NCBI RefSeq assembly: GCF_023585785.1
Contig: NZ_CP097765.1
Coordinates: 210,001 to 242,000 of the forward strand
From: Blochmannia endosymbiont of Camponotus modoc
GTDB lineage: Bacteria > Pseudomonadota > Gammaproteobacteria > Enterobacterales > Enterobacteriaceae
Reading direction: 5' to 3'
Length of the DNA stretch: 32,000 bases
The translations under genes were made by a program, and so were the position numbers. Shown piece after piece: positions 1-7,700 of the stretch. How positions within the stretch are numbered: the stretch's first letter is position 1; each line of letters opens with the position of its first letter. The notes beneath the pieces are model-generated. The model had not been told where the DNA came from. It was given only the letters and a program-made list of their open reading frames with translations, and did not search any database.

Positions 1-458
1 TCGATCCGCAAGGCGCTGGGTATCATATTATTCAGTCAAAAATTGCTATCGGTTCAGGGGGTTTCACTGGGAAAGGATGGCTACATGGGACACAATCACA
101 GTTAGAATTTTTACCAGAACGTCATACTGATTTTATTTTTTCAGTGATAGGAGAAGAACTAGGATTTTTTGGGGTATTAATATTATTGTTACTATATTTA
201 GGGATTATACTGCGTGGACTCCTTATTGCTGTTAACACGCAGCATATGTTTGGGCGATTAATTATTGGAAGTTTTATGTTAGTATTGTTTATGTATATAT
301 TCGTAAATATTGGTATGGTTAGCGGGCTACTACCAATAGTGGGTATTCCGTTGCCATTAATAAGTTATGGTGGTTCATCTCTATTAGTATTAATGGCAGG
401 GTTTGGCATTGTTATGTCAATAAATGGACACAGAAAAATGATTTCTAAAATCTTATGA
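1..458 (+). CDS. mrdB: Peptidoglycan glycosyltransferase RodA (SEDS family), C-terminal part; the 5' end lies upstream of the window
   Basis: Frame 3 is open from nt 3. It reads [57 protein letters not shown]..., the conserved C-terminal third of enterobacterial RodA. The ORF-track entry 144..458 is only the part after an internal GTG. Stop TGA at 456-458. Confidence 0.9.
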   Translation, partial: DPQGAGYHIIQSKIAIGSGGFTGKGWLHGTQSQLEFLPERHTDFIFSVIGEELGFFGVLILLLLYLGIILRGLLIAVNTQHMFGRLIIGSFMLVLFMYIFVNIGMVSGLLPIVGIPLPLISYGGSSLLVLMAGFGIVMSINGHRKMISKIL

Positions 459-547
459 ATTAGCAAACGCTATATAATAAGTTATCAACTTTATTATATA
501 CATATTATTAATTTTGCTAAAATTTTAAGAATCTAAAAAAAATGACA

Positions 548-576
548 CAAGTATATATGTACTTGGTTATTTTTTC
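548..576 (+). terminator. Candidate intrinsic terminator downstream of rodA
   Basis: caagta/tacttg 6-bp stem (548-553 / 560-565) with a 6-nt loop, followed by gttatttttt. It lies about 90 nt after the rodA stop. The stem is short and weak, so this is tentative. Confidence 0.3.
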
Positions 577-915
577 AAAAAAATTAAAATAATAATAATT
601 AATATAAATGCAATAATTTAATATCAATAATATTAAGAAATAATATGATGTTATGGGTTCATGTGCACATAATCTAATCAATATGTAATTATATTAAATG
701 GGTAAATAAAGATGCGTTATTAACAGATTTGAACTTATATAAATAATAAATGTATTAAATGATTGTATGTATGAGTATTGTCATCGTTTATTATTGATTA
801 TAGTTAATTTGGTGCATATATGAGTTTTATTTGTTGTACATTAAAATGACATGCTCTGTTTTAAAAATTCTTCTAATTATTTATTTAAAAATCAATAATT
901 TTTTTAAAAATTATT

Positions 916-1857
916 TTAGTGTGTGTTCTTACGAATTTGCATGATACATGTAACTCCAGAAATTAGTAAGAACATTCCAATTAAAATTAAGGGAGATGGC
1001 CATAATTGTTGATGTATGCATGAATATATTAAACCTGCTACAGTTTCCACCACAATTAATGGTCCTATTAATGTTGTTGGCAATCTTTGGCTAGCTTCGT
1101 TCCAAAAGAATGTGCCTAACCAAGAACAACAGAATCCAATTAATACCATCAAAAAAATAAAAAAAATTGGTCTAGGCCCGAAGGGTAATGCAAATTCATC
1201 TTGAATCAGATCTGAACAGCAGATACATACAAAAAAATAAACGAGACACGATAGTGGTAATGTAACCATTCCTTGTGCATTAGCCCAAGTCATAGGCTTA
1301 TTGTGTGGATGTGTTTTTAACCAATGTGCATTCCTTAATGCGTACCATGTCCAACATAAAACGGAAACAATTGCTAAAATTATTCCGCTTGCGTATTGCC
1401 ATATATTAAGTATAAAGAATTCAGATCGCAATTCAGAAATGTTTACACATAATAAGCCCGTTCCCATTAGACACAATGATATCAGCAAAGTATGATTTGG
1501 TAATTTTTGTTCATTAGGAGAAATGATATGTGTTGTTACAGTTAACATTAGAGGTAATGTGCCGATAATAGCGGTTGAAATTGGAACACCGATGCGTTGA
1601 ATAGCACTTGTTAAACAAGTATAATATACTAGATGACCTGTTAAAACTAATTTTATTGCTTCTAACCAATCTTTTAATAATAATTTGCGTAAACGTGCTC
1701 TATCATACCATGATAGTGGCAATGAAATTAATCCAAACGCAATATAACGACCCGATGCTTGTAATATACTGGGGTATTCTGGTATTAATAAAGGACCTAT
1801 AAAAATCAATCCCCATAATAATCCTGAGATTACAGCAAAAACAATTCCTAATATCAT
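916..1857 (-). CDS. EamA/DMT-superfamily inner-membrane permease (10-TM type), substrate unknown
   Basis: 313-aa ORF, hydrophobic throughout. It has two EamA-like halves and an N-terminus of the form GLLWGLIFIGPLLIPEYP. It resembles enterobacterial YtfF-like DMT proteins from memory only, so no symbol is assigned. An all-A/T 10-bp hairpin (894-915) abuts the stop. Confidence 0.8.
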   Translation of the reverse strand: MILGIVFAVISGLLWGLIFIGPLLIPEYPSILQASGRYIAFGLISLPLSWYDRARLRKLLLKDWLEAIKLVLTGHLVYYTCLTSAIQRIGVPISTAIIGTLPLMLTVTTHIISPNEQKLPNHTLLISLCLMGTGLLCVNISELRSEFFILNIWQYASGIILAIVSVLCWTWYALRNAHWLKTHPHNKPMTWANAQGMVTLPLSCLVYFFVCICCSDLIQDEFALPFGPRPIFFIFLMVLIGFCCSWLGTFFWNEASQRLPTTLIGPLIVVETVAGLIYSCIHQQLWPSPLILIGMFLLISGVTCIMQIRKNTH

Positions 1858-2034
1858 GATATTTTTATTATACTAATGAAATATGCTCGATACTATTATT
1901 TATTAGAAATCTATTTTTATTAAATCAAAAGTATATATTATCAAGTATACACATTTTCATTAAACCATTTTATATGAATTATTTAATTAAGACTGATTTA
2001 TGCAATTGATGTGACCAATTATATATGATGATAA

Positions 2035-2108
2035 TGCGCCCTATAGGATTCGAACCTATAACTTACAGCTTAGAAGGCTGTTACTCTATCCAATTGAGTT
2101 AAGGGCGC
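2035..2108 (-). tRNA. argU: tRNA-Arg (anticodon UCU, reads AGA); no encoded CCA
   Basis: The reverse complement gcgccct-ta-actc-aattggata-gagt-a-acagc-cttctaa-gctgt-aagtt-atagg-ttcgaat-cctat-agggcgc-a folds as a canonical 74-nt cloverleaf. Stems are 7-bp acceptor, 4-bp D, 5-bp anticodon and 5-bp T, with a TTCGAAT T-loop. The anticodon loop CT-TCT-AA is closely similar to E. coli argU. Confidence 0.92.
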
Positions 2109-2284
2109 GTCACTTATATATTTTACTAAATAATTATTCTCTTTTCGAGATATCTTATTAGATCAAATATTTTTTTTAAGAAGTATATGCTTAGAGAAAG
2201 TATATAATTTAAAATTAATAGTAATATATATTACAGAAAATAATATCATGGTGTTAGTATATAATTTATTGGATACATTTTAAA

Positions 2285-3145
2285 ATGATCGCTAAGATAA
2301 TTGATGGTAAATATGTTTCTGAAAAAATAAAACAAGAAATAGCTAAACAAGTGCGTAAAAATATGAATTCCGGAAAACGCGCTCCAGGATTAGCTATGAT
2401 TCTAGTAGGACATAATCCAATTTCTCAGATATATGTAACTAACAAGAAAAAAGCATGTGAACAAGTAGGTTTGATTTCATTTCTTTATACTTTGCCGATT
2501 ACGGCTACTGAAAATGAGATTTTTCAATTGATTGAAACTTTAAATAATGACCATCGTATAGATGGTATTTTAATTCAGTTGCCATTACCAAATAAGTTAA
2601 ATAAAATAAGTGTTTTAGAACATATTGCTCCTGATAAAGATGTAGATGGTTTTCATCCATATAATGTCGGGCGTTTATGTCAACGATCTCCTACATTACG
2701 TCCTTGTACTTCTCGAGGTATTATAACTTTGTTAGAATGGTATAATATAGATATGTTTGTATTACATGCGGTCGTAGTTGGAGCATCAAATATTGTTGGT
2801 CGGCCTATGACTATGGAATTATTATTGGCAGGTTGTACGGTATCTGTTACTCATCGTTTTACTCAAAATTTGAAAATATACATTGAAAATGCTGATTTAT
2901 TAATTGTGGCAGTGGGTCAAGCAAATTTTATTCCTGGTAGTTGGATAAAACAAGGGGCTATAGTAATAGATGTTGGTATTAATCGATTAAATAACGGAAA
3001 TATAGTGGGTGATGTTCACTTTTCTAGCGCTTATGAACGAGCTGCATACATTACTCCTGTTCCCGGTGGAGTAGGTCCAATGACGGTAGTAACACTTATT
3101 CAGAATACTTTGCAAGCTTATGATGATCATCATTTGGTAAGATAA
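2285..3145 (+). CDS. folD: Bifunctional methylenetetrahydrofolate dehydrogenase / methenyltetrahydrofolate cyclohydrolase
   Basis: 286 aa. MIAKIIDGK... with [35 protein letters not shown] and [11 protein letters not shown] motifs, collinear with E. coli FolD. Confidence 0.95.
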   Translation: MIAKIIDGKYVSEKIKQEIAKQVRKNMNSGKRAPGLAMILVGHNPISQIYVTNKKKACEQVGLISFLYTLPITATENEIFQLIETLNNDHRIDGILIQLPLPNKLNKISVLEHIAPDKDVDGFHPYNVGRLCQRSPTLRPCTSRGIITLLEWYNIDMFVLHAVVVGASNIVGRPMTMELLLAGCTVSVTHRFTQNLKIYIENADLLIVAVGQANFIPGSWIKQGAIVIDVGINRLNNGNIVGDVHFSSAYERAAYITPVPGGVGPMTVVTLIQNTLQAYDDHHLVR

Positions 3146-3188
3146 TTCTTATTTATTCCATTTTTAATTATTTTTATTACTATTTATA

Positions 3189-4595
3189 TTATTTGCAATG
3201 CCATTTCGTTATCCCTGTAGACCCATCTTCCAATGTTATTCCCATAACGGTTAATTTTTTTCGTATGCTATCAGCTAATTCCCATTGCTTATTTTTTCGT
3301 GCAACTTCGCGGCATTGAATTAATTTTTGAATTTTTTCAAAATGACAATTTTTGTTATGTTTTGATGTTATTTGTTTTAAGAAAATTTCTGGATTTTGAT
3401 GTAACAATCCGATAGTATTTGCTAAATATTTTAAGGTAGATGCCATACCTTGAGTAAGTGAATGACCTTTAATTTTTAAATTATTTAATCTATGTGCTAT
3501 GTCAAATAATACTGAGTATGCCTCTGGTGTATTGAAGTCGTCATTCATTTTAGAAATAAATTTTGATATAAAATATTCTCCTCCATTAGGTTGGATTGTA
3601 GGATTAGTATCTCGTAAAGCTATGTACAGCCGTTTTAAAGATGTTTGTGCGCTTTTAAGATTATCGTCATTATAGTGTAATTGACTGCGATAATGAGCGG
3701 ACATTAAAAAATATCTTATTGTTTCAGGATCATAATGTTTTAAAATATCACGTATGGTAAAAAAATTATTTAATGATTTTGACATTTTTTCATAGTTTAA
3801 TAACAAAAGACCAGAATGCATCCATATATTTGCATAAGAAGTCTCATTAGCGCATACAGATTGAGCAATTTCGTTGTCATGATGTGGAAAAATTAAATCT
3901 GATCCTCCACCATGAATGTCTATTTGGTTGCCGAAAATGGAATAATTCATAGCAGAACATTCAATATGCCATCCTGGACGTCCTGATCCCCATGGAGATG
4001 ACCAACACGGCTCACCTGGTTTATTATTAGATGTTGTTTTTTTCCACAATACAAAATCCATAGGGTTTTTTTTTATATTTGATATTTTTAAGATATTATC
4101 ATGTATTTCAGGCGAATTTTCTTTGTTAGATAAGACACCGTAATTGCGCATAGTTTTTACAGAAAACATTATATCCCCATTAGGGGCAATATATGCATGT
4201 TTTTTTGAAATTAACAAACAAATGAATTTAATGATTATATCAATATGTTCAGTTACTTTTGGTTCATAATTTGGGCGCAATATACTTAATGCATCCAAGT
4301 CTAAATGCATTTCTTGAATCATACGATTCGTTAATTGTTCGGTAGTTTCGTTATTTTCATAAGCTTTTTTTATAATTTTATCATCTATATCTGTAATATT
4401 GCGGACGTAATCCACCTGATATCCGCAATGACGTAAATAGCGAATAATACTATCGAATACTATAAATGTTCTGGCATGCCCGAGATGGCATAAATCATAA
4501 ACTGTAACACCACAAACATATATTTTAATTTTACCAGCATTAATAGGTATAAACTTTTCTTTTTTTTTTGTTAAGGTATTAAAAATTTTAAGCAT
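3189..4595 (-). CDS. cysS: Cysteine--tRNA ligase
   Basis: 468 aa. MLKIFNTLT... with a class I HIGH-type motif (HLGH), KMSKS and GWHIECS, collinear with E. coli CysS over the full length. Confidence 0.95.
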   Translation of the reverse strand: MLKIFNTLTKKKEKFIPINAGKIKIYVCGVTVYDLCHLGHARTFIVFDSIIRYLRHCGYQVDYVRNITDIDDKIIKKAYENNETTEQLTNRMIQEMHLDLDALSILRPNYEPKVTEHIDIIIKFICLLISKKHAYIAPNGDIMFSVKTMRNYGVLSNKENSPEIHDNILKISNIKKNPMDFVLWKKTTSNNKPGEPCWSSPWGSGRPGWHIECSAMNYSIFGNQIDIHGGGSDLIFPHHDNEIAQSVCANETSYANIWMHSGLLLLNYEKMSKSLNNFFTIRDILKHYDPETIRYFLMSAHYRSQLHYNDDNLKSAQTSLKRLYIALRDTNPTIQPNGGEYFISKFISKMNDDFNTPEAYSVLFDIAHRLNNLKIKGHSLTQGMASTLKYLANTIGLLHQNPEIFLKQITSKHNKNCHFEKIQKLIQCREVARKNKQWELADSIRKKLTVMGITLEDGSTGITKWHCK

Positions 4596-4973
4596 TTTAA
4601 TTTATTTTACAATATACGCGGCGATATATTGATCTTTAGTATATAAGCCTCATAGGTTTAATAGGATCTTTAAACAATATTATATATCAATCTAATTAGT
4701 TGAGTATTGGGAATCATCGCTTTCATATACAAAACATAAAATATGTTATCTTAATCATAAGCATATGACAATGTTTATTCATAGTCAGTATAATTATAAT
4801 TAACAATCATATGACACGATTTAATTGTGTACACTATAATTCGTATATAGCGTGGTGTGTATTTGTAATAAACATTTATATTTAATTATTAAATTTTTAA
4901 CGAATAGTTTGGATCTGGAATGTTAAAAATGTGATAATAATCATAACCATTATTATTCAATATATGTGTGCAT

Positions 4974-5726
4974 ATGTCTATTTTATTTATTTCAGATGTT
5001 CATTTATCTGCTAAATCCCCATATATTACTGATGGGTTTTTGCGTTTTTTAAATTATCGCGCAATGCGCGCTAAATCTCTTTATATTTTAGGAGACTTGT
5101 TTGAAACTTGGTTAGGAGATGATGATTGTAATCTATTACATATTAATATCGCCAAAGCTTTGAAAGCATTAAATCAAAAAAGAATTTCGTGTTATTTTAT
5201 TCATGGAAATCATGATTTTTTATTAGGACAGAAGTATGCTAGAGAATGCGGAATGACGTTATTATCTTCTAATCAAGTTTTAAAATTAGCATCAGGAAAA
5301 AAAATAATCATTTTACATGGAGATATTCTTTGTTCCAATGATAATTCATATCAATTATTTAGAAAATGTTTACGTCATATTATAGTACAGAGGTTATTTT
5401 TATCGCTACCATTATCCATACGCTCACGAATATTTAGTGCTATACGTTCATGTTGCGTACAACACACAAAATACAAATCAAAAAAAAAATTAAATATTAA
5501 TTTAAAAACGGCTACAGATATTTTAATTCAGAATCATGCGGATATTATGATTCACGGACATACTCACCAACCTGCGATTCATAAGATTTACAGATCCAAA
5601 AAAGATGTTTTTAGAATAATAGTGCTGGGATGTTGGGATAAATACGGTTCAATGATAGAAGTAAATGAAAAAAATAATGATATCCTATTTACAGAATTTC
5701 CATTAGATGAAACAATAAAATATTAA
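4974..5726 (+). CDS. lpxH: UDP-2,3-diacylglucosamine diphosphatase (lipid A biosynthesis)
   Basis: MSILFISDVHL... with GDLFETWLGDD, HGNHDF and GHTHQP calcineurin-like metallophosphoesterase motifs typical of LpxH. The ORF track starts at GTG 4968. ATG 4974 matches the LpxH N-terminus (M-x-x-LFI-x-DLHL) better. Confidence 0.9.
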   Translation: MSILFISDVHLSAKSPYITDGFLRFLNYRAMRAKSLYILGDLFETWLGDDDCNLLHINIAKALKALNQKRISCYFIHGNHDFLLGQKYARECGMTLLSSNQVLKLASGKKIIILHGDILCSNDNSYQLFRKCLRHIIVQRLFLSLPLSIRSRIFSAIRSCCVQHTKYKSKKKLNINLKTATDILIQNHADIMIHGHTHQPAIHKIYRSKKDVFRIIVLGCWDKYGSMIEVNEKNNDILFTEFPLDETIKY

Positions 5727-6514
5727 ATTTAGAATTTTTATATTAATCGTAAAAAATATCTATATATGTTATACAACTATTTTTATGGGAAATAACAATA
5801 TTATTGTTTAAAGTAATGTTAAACATGATGTTAAGATGCACATACTCTTTCTTTATAGTATATGTATGAGATATAATAAATAGGAGTTTTTATTGCATGT
5901 ACTCATTAAGATTATTTAGATATGTATGTGTGGTGTCTTTTTGTTAAGAATAAATGTTTTAACTATGGTTGTGTTTGCAGATTTCTTATAGCGCTTGTGT
6001 TATTACTTTATAATACAAAAAAAATTATTAATAAGCATTTAATTAAATAAACGTGAGTGCTATTATAGATTACTCATTTTTATTGTTAAAAGATAGTTTA
6101 TTAAATTAATTAACAGAATTTAAACTTATCTTATTTAAAAATAGAATAGAAAATATAATATGCTTTTTTTGAGATATAATGGCATTATGCGTTCCGTATT
6201 CTAATATAGACATAGAAATTATATTAAAAGAAGTCAATATAATCAATGTTTTTATATTTGTTGAATACATTTTATTATACTACATATAATACTTAGAATA
6301 AAATTTCTTATTATATTTTTTATATGAATTTTAAAATAATTTATATATCCATAATGTTGTGTTGAATGTTTATTATTTGATGGAAGATCTAAGTATTTAA
6401 TTATAAAAGTAATATATCCATTATCGTGTTTCTGATTAATTAGTATTTAGTGTCCTTTTATATATGTAAATTAATTATTAATATATGGTTACATTTTTTT
6501 TGGAATCAAACCAT

Positions 6515-6547
6515 AACGTATAATTGTTATCCTATCAATTATACGTT
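6515..6547 (-). terminator. Hairpin about 70 nt downstream of the adk stop; possible terminator or 3'-end stabiliser
   Basis: Perfect 12-bp arms aacgtataattg / caattatacgtt (6515-6526 / 6536-6547) around a 9-nt loop. There is no clean U-tract on the adk strand. This arm length is near chance expectation in such AT-rich DNA. Confidence 0.25.
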
Positions 6548-6618
6548 GTTATTATCTATAATGAATGATATTTAATTATCAATAATAAAACTGAAATGAT
6601 GAGAAATGATAATAAGTA

Positions 6619-7281
6619 TCATGAACTAATGATATTAATTAATTCTTTGTAGATTTCAGAGATGTCACGATTTCCATCAACAGAAAAATATTTTATTTTT
6701 TTATATTTCGATTCTTCTCGATAATAATCTAACACTGGTTCAGTGTGTTGGTGGTAATTACTTAATCGTTTACGTATAGCTTCTTCGTGGTCATCTTTTC
6801 GAGTAGTTAAAATTTCTCCGGTAATATCATCTAATCCATAATTTCTAGGTGGATTGAATTTAATATGATAAGTTCTTCCAGATCTTGCATGTATTCTTCG
6901 GCCTACAATACGATCAATAATTATAGAATCTGATGCAAAAAATTCTATGACGTAATTTATAAAAATTTTACATTGTTTCATAGATTTTGCTTGCAAAATT
7001 GTTCTAGGAAAACCATCTAATAAAAATCCATTACGACAGTCATGTTGATTAATACGTGTTTTAATTAATTGCACCATAAATTCATCATTTACTAAATCCC
7101 CAGTATGCATAATCTTTGTTATATTTTTATGAAATTTATAGGATTTATGTGCACTTTTAGTTAGTTCTTGACGTAACATCGTGCCTGTAGAAATATTTGG
7201 AATGTTATACTTGTTTGCAATAAGATGAGCTTGCGTTCCTTTTCCGGATCCAGGAGGACCTAAAAATATAATACGTATCAA
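6619..7281 (-). CDS. adk: Adenylate kinase
   Basis: 220 aa. (M)IRIIFLGPPGSGKGTQ P-loop, GFLLDGFPRT and TTRKDD lid motifs, collinear with E. coli Adk. The start codon read from the sequence is TTG (7279-7281), and there is no in-frame ATG near the N-terminus. Confidence 0.93.
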   Translation of the reverse strand: MIRIIFLGPPGSGKGTQAHLIANKYNIPNISTGTMLRQELTKSAHKSYKFHKNITKIMHTGDLVNDEFMVQLIKTRINQHDCRNGFLLDGFPRTILQAKSMKQCKIFINYVIEFFASDSIIIDRIVGRRIHARSGRTYHIKFNPPRNYGLDDITGEILTTRKDDHEEAIRKRLSNYHQHTEPVLDYYREESKYKKIKYFSVDGNRDISEIYKELINIISS

Positions 7282-7591
7282 ATTTAATTCTCAATAAAAT
7301 TATAAAAATTTAGCAAATAATGCTTATTATATATCAAAATATTATCTACTCAGATATAAGTAGTAGCGTTTTATCCAAATATATATTTAAAAATATTAAA
7401 ATTTATATTAATTTGATTTCAACAATTATTATTGTATCATAACTAAAATATAAAGTTATATTTTATTAACTGATTACTTTTTAGATTATAAGAGTAATGT
7501 TTCTATTTATACTGACTAAATAGTCAATCAACAATTAAATATATAAAATATATAATTAATTATTATAAAAAATCATGATAGTAGTTTTATT

Positions 7592-7639
7592 AATTAATAT
7601 CAATTTCACATTTTTAAAAATGTGAAATTGATATTAATT
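7592..7639. repeat. Perfect 48-bp palindrome (24-bp arms, no spacer) in the dnaX-adk spacer
   Basis: aattaatatcaatttcacattttt | aaaaatgtgaaattgatattaatt. I checked every one of the 24 pairs 7592/7639 ... 7615/7616 by hand. The first mismatch is 7591/7640. Confidence 0.9.
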
Positions 7640-7700
7640 TGCTATATTACATCATAATTTAGATATAATTGAGAGATAGTATATTTTATTTAATTAATTT

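Noticed and set aside
1016-1802. Antisense ORFs of 60-102 aa inside real genes. In the DMT permease: 1016..1204, 1301..1495, 1608..1802. In other genes: dnaX 8350..8553, apt 10073..10258, lon 12309..12539, tldD 17729..17962, mreC 20314..20622, tilS 28590..28862 and 29251..29454, accA 30147..30356
   Set aside because: Each is embedded opposite a well-supported conserved CDS. They have no start-site signals or homology that I can recognise, and they show the composition typical of shadow ORFs.
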